Below the pieces are notes generated by a model that had not been told where the DNA came from, searched no databases, and saw nothing but the letters and a program-made list of their open reading frames with translations. Source: Piromyces finnis finn (lineage: Eukaryota; Fungi; Neocallimastigomycota). From it: a stretch of DNA of 64,000 bases. The number at the start of each line of letters is the position of its first letter. The first letter of the stretch is position 1. The DNA is taken from contig MCFH01000044.1 in the NCBI GenBank assembly GCA_002104945.1, positions 248,001-312,000 of the forward strand, given 5' to 3'. Below, in pieces: positions 46,832-60,884 of the stretch. A program made the translations under genes and the position numbers.

Positions 46832-49095
46832 ATGAAACTAAATACATATAGTATATTTATATTTTTAATATCTATTTTCCCCACAATCCTTGGTAAGTTA
46901 AATAACCTTATTATATCTATAAGTTTTATTAAATCAATAGACTAATTTAAAAATTTAATTTTAATATATGACTAATGCTAATGACTATCAATTATAATAT
47001 GTAATATCATTTAATCAAATAAAATAGCAAAGGAATATAGTTTCCGTGTAGTTTCCATTTTAGGCAAAGGATTTGACTTAGGTGTTAAATACGGTGATAG
47101 AGTTGAAAAATTATCAAGTGATAAATTTCCATGTAATTAATTGTTTCAATTAGTATTTTTTATCATAGTAAATTTTCTTTTAGTTTATAGATTAATTAAT
47201 GAAATTAAATACATTTATAAAATATTTATACATTTTTCCAAAATATTAAATTTATTTAATATCAATTACAAAAATGTAATTTTTTAAATTTTATAACAAC
47301 GTATAGTATTCATTGGGGTAGTCAATGCAGATAATATATCACAGTATCAATATGTTGCATTAGATTCTTCCGGAACAGTTGTACAAACAGAAAATATAGT
47401 AAGAACTTATAATGAAGACGCCCACAAAATCAATGAAGTTTATAATAGGTATTATTATAATATTATAATAATGTATATTAAATGTTTTTCAGCTTTTTTC
47501 TATATGATGTTTATAGTTAACTTATTATTCAACGTCATTTTATTATTAACAGAGAAAATAAAAGTGTAACTATTCCAGAATTTCCAAGACCTTTCAAAAA
47601 CATGTTTCCTATGGGAACATCAAAGTTTAAACCATTGCCAAAAAACACTATTTTTAATATCTTTGCGGAGTGTGATGAAAATGCTTATACTAATCTTGCA
47701 GATGAACCATTTATAATCAGAGATGATGGAAAAAAGAAACCAAATGAAGCTATTGCTCAATGTACTTTCCATATTATTTCATCAAAAAAAAATTTTGTTT
47801 CGAAAGGAAGTATTCATGTTATTGGTTATGGTAGCCGAGCATTTAAGAAATTATCTTGGGGTTTGAAATTTGAAGAAAAATTTTTAGGAAGAAAGGCTAT
47901 AAAGTTAAGAGCAATGGCCGGAGACCCAACTCTTATTCGTGAAAAATTAGCTACTGAGTTGTATAAAGCTGTAGGTGTTCCAGTTCAGGAAGGTGCCTAT
48001 GCTCGTCTTATAATTAATAATAATATATATGGTCTCTACAATATTTTAGATAGTTTTAGTAGTAAATGGGTTGCCTCTTATATTCATGGTGATGAAGATA
48101 AAGAAATTGGATTTTCATATAAGTTGTATACATCTTTACCAAATTATCCAGATTTCAAATATTTAGGTGAAGATTATACAAATTATCTTAAATATCAACC
48201 AGATGAATATGAAGAAAGTGAAATTATACAACAAGATGAAGCTTCTAAATTCTCTCATATTATTGAATTCACAAGACTCTTTAATGATTGGGTAAATAAT
48301 TATGGGGAAGATAAATCAGATCAAGCCGTTACTGAATTAGCTAAGTTCCTTAACATTGAATTGGTCCTTCGTATTCTTGTTGTTGATACCTTAATTCTTG
48401 CTTTAGATAATTTTTGGTTTCGTATGAGTAATGCTTCACTCTACTACGATCCATATAAAAAAAAATATTTAATATTACCATATGATTTTGATAAGGTCTT
48501 ATTAGGCAGTACTGGTGATCCAATGCTTGATCTTGAAGGTGACAATTATCTTTATGATTGTTTCACCTGGGTTAATCAGCATGAAGACCAAATTGAGCAT
48601 TTCTTTACAAATAACATTCTAAATCATCCACAAATTAAAGCTAGATATGATGTTATTTTAGCTAAAGCTAGTAGAGAAACATTTTCTGATGATATTGTAT
48701 CTCAGTATATTCAAGCTAATGCAAATTTAATTCGTGATGATGTTCAATGGAATATTGATGCTCTTGAACAATTACAAATTGGTTATCAGGGTGTAGTAAA
48801 TCATTACACCTATGAAGATTTCGAAAACAATCTTGTTGAAGGTTCAGTTGGATTCGTAGCTGACTATGTTGTCAATGATGCACCAATGGGTATAGAAAGT
48901 TTTGTAAATATAAGAGGTAATGGTTGTCGTACAGCAACTCAAACTACCGATATTTCCAATAACGAAAATATATCTGATAATGAAGAAGTTACACCGTATC
49001 ATGATGATGGAAAAGATAGTAGTGCTTCTGAAAAAGTTTCTAAAATTTCTTTAACATTTGTTTTATCCTATTTTTTATTTTACTTTTTATTTTAA
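46832..49095 (+). CDS. cotH: CotH-family kinase paralog 7. Exons 46832-46892, 47028-47132, 47307-47448, 47553-49095 (617 codons)
   Basis: GYGSRAFKKLSW, RAMAGDPTLIREK, ALDNFWFRMSN and PYDFD, plus signal peptide and hydrophobic tail. Confidence 0.9.
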
Positions 49096-49362
49096 ATTCT
49101 ATTTACTAATATAGATAATATAATAAGAATATAAGTATCACAGTCTATAAAGGTAAACAAATGAATAAGAAAATCAAAAAAAGAATTAAAATAAAAAGGG
49201 ATACCTAAAATATTAGAGTATAATGCATTGGTTTTATAAGTTGATGAAAAAATAGTTTAGTTTTTTATTAGAATCAAACCAATATTTATTTTTTTTATAA
49301 TTCATATTGAAATATTATTCAGTATGTTTTTTTTTTTTTTTTTTCAAAAAAAAAAATAGAGT

Positions 49363-49504
49363 ATTAATTCTAATAAATGAATTAATTCTCAACATATTAC
49401 AAAATAATATTAATACCATTTATACATTAATTCTACTAAATGAATTAATTCTCAACATATTACAAAGTAATATTAATACCATTTATACATTAATTCTACT
49501 AAAT
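49363..49504. repeat. 63-bp tandem repeat, about 2.25 copies
   Basis: Unit ATTAATTCTA(A/C)TAAATGAATTAATTCTCAACATATTACAAA(A/G)TAATATTAATACCATTTATAC, repeated with two substitutions. Confidence 0.9.
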
Positions 49505-49628
49505 CATATTTATACAATCTTATAATGATATATAACTATTGTTGGAATAAATGTATACTATTATATTATGAATCAATAATCTATAGAAATCAATTATTTA
49601 TAAATAATTCTATTCATTTGTAATAGGA

Positions 49629-49669
<41 letters not shown>

Positions 49670-50419
49670 TAATAATAATAATAATAAACAATTCTATTAT
49701 AAATAAATAAACAAACAAACAAAAATTTAAAAAGAGTAAATAAACTTGAAGTATTTAGTATAATCTTGTAGTGTATTTCTAGTCTATCTGAAAAAAATAT
49801 ATATAAATATTTTTTTAAAATTGTATTGCTATTAATAATCAAAAACAATAATATCAATTAACCCCCCTCAAATCTATTATGGAATAGTATCCCGTTTTAA
49901 TTTTTTTATTATCTTAATAAATAATATTTTATTGGTAATAATAACAATAAGAATAGTAATGGCAACATCCTATTCAAGTGTAAATAGTAGCATTTCTTAA
50001 TGATATATTGAAAAGATATATAAAACTAATTATATAATTAATCTTTTATGTAATCAAAGTATTATTAATAATATGATCTTCATTAATTATACGCTACCAC
50101 TTTTTGAATTTGAATAAAAGTACTATAAGAAAAAAAAAAAAAAAAGTCTGATGGTTGTATTACTGTTATTATATTATTAAAGCCATCATCTTTATATTTA
50201 CATCAATAAAAATATTTTCTATTTTATATTATTGATAAATCATTATATTTATGTTTAAATTATAAATATAAATTATAAATTAATATAATTTCCCCTCTTT
50301 GTTTCTTTTATTATTTATTGTGTAAGAGAAATAATAAAAAAAAAAGTTTAATTGTTGCTTTGCTGAATGTCTTACTTTTGATAAGCTTCAGTAATAAATA
50401 TTCTACTTTTTTTTTTTTT

Positions 50420-50450
<31 letters not shown>

Positions 50451-51536
50451 TATACTAATTCTATCAATGTTATATAGTTTAATTAGTTTAGGAAAAAATG
50501 TTAATAAAGAAATATAATAAAATTATTTTAAATAACTTCAATGTTCTATAAAGGACGTCAATTGGAATGATAATTTCATTACTATTTTTTTTTTTTTTAA
50601 CTTTTTGAGACATAATATCAATATATAGAGGAACGAAAATATTTATGTAAATCAAAGTAATGACATTTATACAACCATAAAAGTCACAATATTATATAAA
50701 ATTCTGAAATTTATTAAATTCAAATATAATACATATAAGCAAAAGTATGCTTCAATCATTATCATTTCTTTTTCTATATGATGTATCATGGACAGGACAT
50801 AATAGATATATTTTTAATTAAGTATAAATTTGATTAATTATAATTTACTTATATAAAATTGATATATATAATGCATATTGTTACACATATTTTATAATTT
50901 TTTTTTTATATTCAATTGAATTTTTAAAATTTAATAAATGTAATCTCATTTAATTACTTGTTGTATTTAAATATCAAACTAATATTAAAATATAAAATTA
51001 TAAAATTAGATTTAGCATTTAAATGAAACTTTATTCTTCAAATTTTATATAAACATAAACAACTTTATTAACTTTTTTTCTATTATTAAGTTTAATTAAA
51101 TTTTTTTAGTTTTTTTTTTCTTTTTCTTAGTTTTAATTATATAATTATATTTTTTACCATTATTATTTATTTTTTGGTTTTATTTCTATTAAGAAAAAAA
51201 AAATATTTTTATTAAATAAAAAAAAGATTAAATATGTAATAAAAATAAAGTTTTTTTTAATTAATAATAACAAATTTTAATTTTGTTTATTATTTATTTT
51301 TAAAAGTTTCTATAAAGCACATATATTTAATAATTATTTTTTATTTATATAAAAGTTTGAGAAATTAAAAAATAATATAATTAATATTTATAATTTATAT
51401 ATTGAAACATCAATAGTATATATAATATTCATTATATAATTCATTATAAATAGAAAATATGATTTTTTATAAACTAATATTTTTTATTAAATAATTCAAA
51501 CTTGAATCTATTTTTTTTAACTATACAATTTTTTTA

Positions 51537-51642
51537 ATACTAATACTAATACTAATACTAATACTAATACTAATACTAATACTAATACTAATACTAATAC
51601 TAATACTAATACTAATACTAATACTAATACTAATACTAATAC

Positions 51643-51736
<94 letters not shown>

Positions 51737-51840
51737 AATACTAATACTAATACTAATACTAATACTAATACTAATACTAATACTAATACTAATACTAATA
51801 ATACTAATAATACTAATAATACTAATACTAATACTAATAC

Positions 51841-51909
<69 letters not shown>
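51537..51909. repeat. Compound (TAATAC)n/(AAT)n microsatellite in alternating blocks
   Basis: Direct reading. Confidence 0.95.
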
Positions 51910-51912
<3 letters not shown>

Positions 51913-53439
51913 TTTTTATATATATTTTTAATAGTTTTAAAAATTAGTAGGTTAGGCTATTATGAACAATTTTCTCTCCCATAAATTAATTTATTAGATA
52001 TGTGGCGTTTTAATACTTGATTAGGAATGATTATTTACCATTAATAAGGAATATACTTCCTAGGTTTATTAAGGATTAATAATAATAATATTATTAAAAT
52101 ATTTTAGAATCAAATTAATTAATTTTTTTTATTTTTTATCTTTTATATATAAATAAAAAATTTCATACCTCTAATAATAAATTTATCATATATTATAATA
52201 AATTACAATATATTAATACTGTAGGAAAAATTTTTTATTGATATAGACAAAACAAAAGAAAAACTTGGCAGTTTATCTTATTAACAAGAATAGTATCTAT
52301 TTTAATAATAAAGTACTAATTTAATAAATATTTAAAGTATCCTTTGCATTTTTTATTTTTATATATTATGATATTTTCTTTATATTTTCTGCTTTTTTGT
52401 AAGAAATCTTTAAATTTTGTTAATTTTTATTATTTCGCATGGTTTTTTCATATTATTAAAGAATCTTCCTAATGCTTGTTTTTGAATAGATTAAAATATA
52501 TATAATCTAAATATTGTATATTATTTATTTTTAATACCTCACACATTATTCTATTTATTTCTGTATTATAATTTTCTATATCACTTCATCTATAATAATA
52601 TATGTACTTTAATATATTGTATATATTATCTAATATATTAACATTTTTGTTTCTTTTTATTTAAAAAGAAATTGTTATTTATTTTATGTTAATGTGTAGT
52701 TAAGGTTACACGACCATTGAAAAATCTTAAAAAAATTTATATTAATAATAAAATAATATATTATATAATGCTATGTATCTATTTATTTTTAATAGTAAAA
52801 ATCAATTATAATATAAATTAAAATATATAATAAATTAAAAACATAATATATTAAAATTTCCATATAAATAAACATCAAAATATATTTATTTATAATATAA
52901 TAATAACAACGCTAATGTACTACGGTCTATTTCAATATATAATATTATTTATTCTTAATATAAAGTTAATATTAGTAATATAAAAAAAAATTATCAAAAT
53001 AAATATTCTAATATATATTAATAAATATAAAAAATTTGCTGTTTATCAGAAATAAAATTATATTAAAAAAAAAATCGGTTTTATTGATAAATTTAATTTA
53101 AATAATTGATTGTTATGATTAGGCGAGTATTTTTTTTTAAATAAATAAATAGTGGACAGTTATTAAATTCAAAATTATTTTTTTTTAATATTAAAAATTT
53201 TAAGAAATATTTAATTTTTGTTTTTTGAATTTCACAAAGTTTGAAAAAAAAAATTAATAATAGAAATTGTGTAAGATAGTAAGAAAAGGTAAATACAACC
53301 ACTACCACTGGCAACAATAATAATATCAAAAAAAAAAAAGAAACGAAATAGAAATAATAGAATTAAATGTTATTAATTGTTTAAAAGTTAATAATAATAT
53401 TAAAAATATTTTAAAAATAGTATATATCATTAAAAAACA

Positions 53440-55615
53440 ATGAAAGTAAAATTTTTTGGAATAATTTTATCATCATTTGTAGCTTTAGGGAAAGGTAATA
53501 TAAAATAATATCTTTAAAATATTTAAAAACTTTTTTTTTTATTTTTGAAAAAAAGATAATGAAAAAAAGAAAAAATACTGAGGTATATTATATTTATATA
53601 ATATTTAAATATTTGAATAGCTAAAAACTACAGTTTCAATGTTGTATCAATTTTAGGAGAGGGTTCTTCTATTGGTGTAAAATATGGTGATGTTATAAAA
53701 CCATTAACTGTTTCTCATTTTCCATGTAAATATCAAACCAAATTATAGATATTATTATAATTAATTATATATAAAACTAAAAAATTTTAATATTAATGTG
53801 AATATTATTTAATATAAACCAACGTAAACGTAAATAGTGTTTAGTGGATCTATTGAAGCAGATAATATTGATGTATATAAGTATGTTTCATTAGATTCAA
53901 ATGGTAAAGTAATAGAAGAAGAAAGTATTACTCGAAATTACAGTGATGACAATATCAACGAAGTATATAATAGGTAAAATTAAAAAAAAAAAAACTTTTT
54001 TTTTATATTTTATTAATAAGAAACCATATTAAACCTTTTATATATTAATATCTTGAATTATAATATATTAATGATATTAAGAGTAAATAAGGAAGTTGAA
54101 ATTCCTGAATTACCTCAACTTTTCAAGCCAATGTTTCCAATGGGTGGAAAAAATTTTGAACCAATTCCAAATAGAATTATTTACAATGTTTATGCAAATT
54201 GTGATAAGGATGCATATGCTAATGTTGTTAGCGAACCATTTGTTGGTGGTGATAATAGTGTTCAAAATAATCAATTAGTAAATTGTACTATTACTATTAT
54301 TTCTCCAAAAAATACCTTCCAAAGCAAGGGCTCCATCCATTTAATTGGTTTTGGAAGTCGTTTGTTCAAAAAATTAGCTTGGTCTATTAAATTCGATAAA
54401 AAGTTCTTAGGTAGAAAATCCGTAAAGTTAAGAGCTATGGCTTCAGATCCAACTCTTATTCGTGAAAAATTATCTACTGAATTATACAAAGCTGTTGGAA
54501 TTCCAGTCCAAGAAGGAACTTACGCTCGTCTTTTTATTAATGGTGATATCTATGGTTTATATCTTATCATTGATGGTTTTAGTAAGAAATGGGTTTCTGG
54601 TTATGTTCATGGTGATGCAAAGAAAGACATTGGAATATCATATAAATTATATGCAAAAATCCCACAATATCCTGATTTAAAGTATATTAGTGACGATTAT
54701 AATGATTACACTAGATTCTATATTCCTGATGAATATGAAGATAAAGATGTCGATGAAAATAATTTAGCTACTAAATACTCTCATATTATTGATTTTACTA
54801 AAAAGTTCAATGATTGGGTTAACACTCCAGAAAGACCAGTAAAAAAACTTGGAAGTTTTTTCAATATAGAAGCTGTTCTTCGTCTTATGGTCATTGACAC
54901 ATTAATTCTTGCATTGGATAATTTCTGGCTCCGTTTAAGTAATGCTGCTGTATATTACAACCCAGATCATAATAATTATGTTATCCTTCCTTATGATTTT
55001 GATAAAGTTTTGAATGGTGGAGCAGTTGATCCAGTGATTGATCCTAATACATACATAGGTGATTGCCATACTTGGGCTACTCAACATGAGGAAACTATAG
55101 AACACTTTTTTACTAATTCTCTTTTACAACAACCAGAAATTAAAAAAAGATACGATGTTATATTATCAAAAGTCTCTAATGAACTTTTTAATACTGATGT
55201 TATTTCAAATTATATACATGCTGTTGCTGATTTAATTCGTGATGACGTTCAATGGAATTTTGATACTATCAATTATTTAAATATTCCATATAATGGTATT
55301 GTCAATCATTATTCTCTACAGAATTTTGAAGATAATATTGAAAATGGTCATGTTGATTTTGTTGAGGATTATGTTGTTAATGATGCACACTATGGTCTTA
55401 ATGAATGGGTTGAATTAAGAAGTGAAAGTTGTAAGGCAGATACAGCTGGTGTTGATACTTCTAATAATGATAACATTTCTGATGATTATGATGTTGAAGT
55501 CTACAAATCCTCTAAAGAAGAAATTAAATCTAAGGCTGAAATTAAAGTTACTTTTACAAAAAGTATTGCTTTAATTGTTATTTTATCTCAATTCCTTTTC
55601 TACTATCTTTTTTAA
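53440..55615 (+). CDS. cotH: CotH-family kinase paralog 8. Exons 53440-53494, 53621-53725, 53838-53973, 54082-55615 (610 codons)
   Basis: GFGSRLFKKLAW, RAMASDPTLIREK, ALDNFWLRLSN and PYDFD, plus signal peptide and hydrophobic tail. Confidence 0.9.
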
Positions 55616-56659
55616 ACATAATATTCCAATATACATTATTTTATTATTAAATTTTATTTATAATAATTCTATTATAAAAATCGCTTTTATATATAAAGAA
55701 ATAACAATCATCAATATATTATTATCTTATAAATTATTAACATACAAAAGAAAAAAAGATTAAATTTATTATCCTTAATATATTCTATTTTTATTTCAAT
55801 AATTATAATTTCAAAGAAAAATAGTAATGAATCTATTCAATTATTAAAAATTTATAAACAAAATATATATTATACTTAATCACTTTATATTTATTATAAT
55901 ATCCATTTATTTCAAAAAGAAAAAAAGAAAAATTAAAATAATCATTGTTTTGATTATTTTTATTAATATAAAAATTTGTATAAAAAATTAGTATAATACC
56001 TTTATATATTGTATATACCGATATATTAAATATAAAAAACCTTTTTATATTTTTAATAGTTTTATAAAAAGAAAAAAAGACATGAATATTATTATCAAAT
56101 ATTGTTATCCATAAATAATTCATATATAATATTATTATTAATGATAATATTATAAATGATAAATGATATAATGTATTTTAAATAAAAAATTTGAAACAAA
56201 ATCAAATTAAAAGAAAAATTAGGTTTACTATGATAATATTTATAAATTATTAAATATCATATTGTAAAAATAGTAGAATATATATTTTTTAATAGTATTT
56301 TATATTTTAACCTTTTATTATTATTATTTTTTTTTTTTTAAACTAGTATATATTTACATATATTTACACATTATATGCTAAAAGTTTTGTAAAATGTAGT
56401 ATATCTTTAATTTGAGATGAATAGATTTATTAAATTTTTTAATATCATTGCTTTTTTTTTTTTTTTTTTGTGAAATAATTATTTATTTCATCTTGATTTA
56501 ATAATTATTATTATTGCTATTATCATTATTACTACAATTTTTTATTTATTTATTTTTATTTTATTTTTATTTATTTATTTATTATTATTATTTTTTTTTG
56601 TTTTTCTATTATTTTATTTTATTTTATTTTATATTTTTAAATTTATTTATTTCTGGTTT

Positions 56660-59600
56660 TTACTTTAATGGAATTGCTTCATCATATAACGGTTTACGTT
56701 CATCATACCACCATGTTCTTAAGGTATTATCATCACTACAACTGCAAAGCATAGATTGATTGGAATTCCATACTGAGCAATAGACTGTTTCAGTATGTCC
56801 ACGAAGTTTTTGAATTAAATCACCAGTATCTGTATCCCAAATATATATTACACCATCCTATAATAAATGTTATAGATAATTATTTTGTATTTTAATATAT
56901 ATATATATATTTATTGTATTATAAAAATAATAATATATTTTATATTCCTAAAATAGATTACCTCAGAACCACCAACTATTAAAGAATCATTTAAAAATGA
57001 TGCTCTAATAAAGTTTTTAGATGTATTTTGGTGACCTCTAAATCTCCTTACTGGTCTTATCTATAACAGAAACATATATATATATATATAAATATATATT
57101 TAAAAAGTGTTTATTTTAATCAAGATTTATTAAATTTTATTAAAAATATTTACCATTCTAATATCCCATAGTCTATTTGAATTATCTTTACTACAACTAA
57201 TCATATATTTACCGTCAGAACTAATATCAACAGATGAAATTTCACCAAGATAGGATGATATTGTTTTAATACATAATCCAGAGGAAACATCCCAGAATTT
57301 AATTGTATTATCCTTTGATCTATAAAGAAAGTTGATATTAGCTATTTTTTTTTTTTTTTTTTTTATTATTTATTTATTTTTTTTTCATTTTAAATAAAAT
57401 GAATAAAATCGATATCTTTACCCACTAATAACTAGATTTCCTAATGGATTAAATATTGCCTGTGATACTGAAAGTTGATGACCAATAAACTTTTTAATTA
57501 ATTGTCCTGTTGAAACATCATAAAGTTGTATTGTTTTATCATATCCTGCATTAACTAAATAATTCTTTATTGAATTTAAATATGTAAACGATTATAATTT
57601 AATAAATATTAAAAATTAATAAATATATATAATATATATATAATATTTATTTGTTCATTTATTTATAATTAAACGTACTTCTGATGAATGTAAATTAACA
57701 CTATATATATCATTTCCATTTTCGGTTAATGTAGCAGTACATGTCATTTTTTCTAAATCCCATAACTTTTTTTTTAAATAAAATAACAATTATAAGTTTT
57801 ATTTATTATAAAAATTTATGTTGAGTTAATAGTAATACTTTATAATTTGTAATTACCTTTGTTGTACCGTCTGCTGAAGCAGATGCAAGTAATGTTCCTT
57901 TTTTATTTGTCGATATATCCCAGACACGGGATGTATGTCCTTCAAGTACGCCTAAACATTGGGCTGTTTCTGTATTCCACACTCTACATGTATTATCACT
58001 GAATGATTGTTTTTTTTTTTTTTTTAATTTTATTTTTATATAACATATATGAGTGGTTTTTAGTCTTTTGTTATAAAAAGTTTTAAAGACATATTATTTA
58101 CCTTGATCCTGATATTATCTTGTCACCTTCTTTGCCTGCAAAAGCGACACATTTAATATTTCTTTCATGACCAATAAATTTTTTCTTATATGTATTTGGA
58201 ATAATAAAACTTGTGTAATCTTCAAATAAACTTTTAAGGATATTTTATATTTTATTACAAAGTTATATTTAATGTTTTTTTTTTTTTTTTTTTTAACATA
58301 TAGTGCAAAGAAAAAAAAATTAATAATATAATAATACAAATTTAAAAGGCTTACGTTGTAATTTTTGGTTTTACTTTAGGATGATATCTAGAGGATTCTA
58401 CTTGATATGCTAATGCTTGTTTGATTAATGTAAGTAATCTATTAGGAGGTAACTGATTTTCAGTTGGGTCTTTTTTAGAATAAGTAAAATATCAAATAAT
58501 GCGATACAAGAATGGTGATATATTAAAAGTCAAATTATATTTCTTTAAATTAATAAAAATGTCATATATTATTTATTACTTTCTTTATCGGATACAGCAT
58601 AATAAACCATTGATTCAAATTGTTCAGCTAATTTTTCACGAGAGGGTCCTATTCCTTCCCAACTTTTAAACACAGGTGAATCATGTACAGATTTTGCTGT
58701 TAAGAGATAACATAAATTACAAAATTCATCAGGTGTTTTTTGTAAATGTTCTAAAGGTTTAAGTTTTTTATTTAAGAAATTCAATGCCTATATGTATGGT
58801 TTTGTTATGTCATTATAATATTTTTATCAAATATTAATATGTTAAAATTTGGATAATGTATAAATTAAATATATCGAATATTAATTAATTTTACCTTTTG
58901 TATATCATGATTTTCAATATGTTCTAAGTATTGTTGTTTATATACTTCGTAAAGGAAAATATTATGATTTTTGACTAAAGGTTTAAGTTGAATTTTTTCT
59001 AAATCTGACCAAGCTCCCTCTGTATTAGTTAGATTAATTGTTTTTTAATATTATTTTATTTTATTTTATTTATTATTTATATTAATATAATATAATGATT
59101 AATTAAATTTTTGAAATTTCAATAATATATATTTTTCTTTTCATTTCCTTTTTTCTTTTTCTTTTTCTGAAAAGAAAAGAAAAACAAAATGGTGAATTAT
59201 TATTAATAATATTAACCTAAAATTGCTTTCTTTGCTTTTTTAGCTTCTTCATGAAGTTCTTCTCTTTCATACCATTTAACAATAGCTTCATCATGAACTG
59301 TCATTTTAGATGCTTGATATCCTTCATCATGTAAATATTGTATAATCATTTGTATAATTTCCTGATAAAAATTAATTTTTGAATTTTTAATTATTATATT
59401 GTATAATCATAATAAATATATTTTTAAAATATTAGCAAGGTAGTAATTATTTAGTTAGTGCGAAATTTTTATTATAGAAATTATTTTTATCAAAAAGTAT
59501 TTAATGAAAATGATTATTATCCATGTTTTATTACATCTTTCAATTTAGGTGAATCAATATCATACATTTCCGGTGATGATACAAATCTTTTAGTATCATT

Positions 59601-60216
59601 ATATGTATTCGAAGTAACTTGGTCTCTTAATCTTTTTATTAATATAAATTAATAATTAAAAAATATATATATACATAAATAATTAATGTCTTGAATTGAA
59701 TTGGTGTAATTAATACATTATAAATATATATATATATTATAGTAAAGTATATTTTCTTTGAAATTGGAAATTAAATATAATAATTTATAAATAGTTTTAT
59801 TTCTTAATTCTACTTTAATTAATCTCAGTAATTTTAATTGATTTTTTAAACATATAGATTTTAAATTAGAATATTTTTATAAATTAATAATTGTCATTTA
59901 AACTTTTTCATTATTAAGAATATAATATTTAATATATATATATTAATTATTTGTTTTGCATCTAAATTCATTAATATTAAATTAATATTTAATATATGCT
60001 CTGTTTTTGTTTTCATTAAATTTCAACTAAAACATTGAAGGATTATAATTATTTAAACATTTACGTTTTCTGTCTATCATTAAGTGTCATTTTTGATAGT
60101 GAAGATAATTGGTCATAAGTAATTAAATCTTCTGGATTGCTTTTTGGGATATCATTTTTATGCTTTGAAACCGCTTCAGGATTTGCAATGTTAGTACGAT
60201 TCATATTATGACTCAT
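56660..60216 (-). CDS. LisH-CTLH-(CRA) plus WD40-repeat protein (TOPLESS/SMU1/WDR26-like architecture), many exons
   Basis: LisH (EIIQMIIQYLHDEGYQAS), CTLH (KKAILEGAWSDLEK, VYKQQYLEHIENHDIQKAF) and LPPNRLLTLIKQALAYQ, followed by WD repeats (GHTSRVWD..., SKDNTIKFWD, SKDNSNRLWD, GHTETVY...DNTLRTW). Stop at 56660-56662. The 5' exon (60065-60216) is tentative. Confidence 0.82.
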
Positions 60217-60884
60217 TTTATATATATTTATCCATTAATTATTATGAAATGAACTAACTTTCTTAAAAATCTTTTTATTATATTAATTTTTTAAAAATTT
60301 AGTACAACAATGATTAATTAAATATATTAAATAAAATTTTATATCAATAAAATTTTTTATTATAAAAAATATTATAAAAAATAATTGAAATAAAATAATT
60401 ATTAGAAAAGTAATATGATAATATAATTAATATGTGCATTATTATTTCTTTTATTAATAAATAATTTAAATATATATAATATATAGTGACAACACTAATA
60501 ATATTATATATATATATTTATTTATTTTTTTATTTTTAGTAATGCTTAATATTTAAGAAGTTACATTTTTTGTGAATATAAATGAAAAATGGCATGTATT
60601 TGAAATAATTAAAATATGCAAAAAAAAAAAAAAAAAAGAAAGAAAGAAAAAGAAAAGAAATAAACATATATATATAAACAATTATAACTATGATTATGAG
60701 AAAAAATCATGAAATTATTGTTGAAACAGTATTTAAAATATGTATTTTGATATATAATTAAAATTCATCATACTACAGTAATCTTTTAATTTTTTTTCTT
60801 CATAAAAAATTATATACTTAATTATTATCAAATAAAGTAATGAAATATATTATTTAGTATATTGAAGCTTCTTAAATGGTGAAA

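Noticed and set aside
49363-49504. CRISPR-like or regularly spaced repeat array
   Set aside because: It is a plain head-to-tail duplication without unique spacers, in a eukaryotic context with no cas genes.
49850-53100. A missing ninth cotH or an ncRNA in the long cotH7-cotH8 gap
   Set aside because: No cotH motif remnants found. Small hairpins and box-like words near 52000-52070 do not form a complete C/D or H/ACA set.
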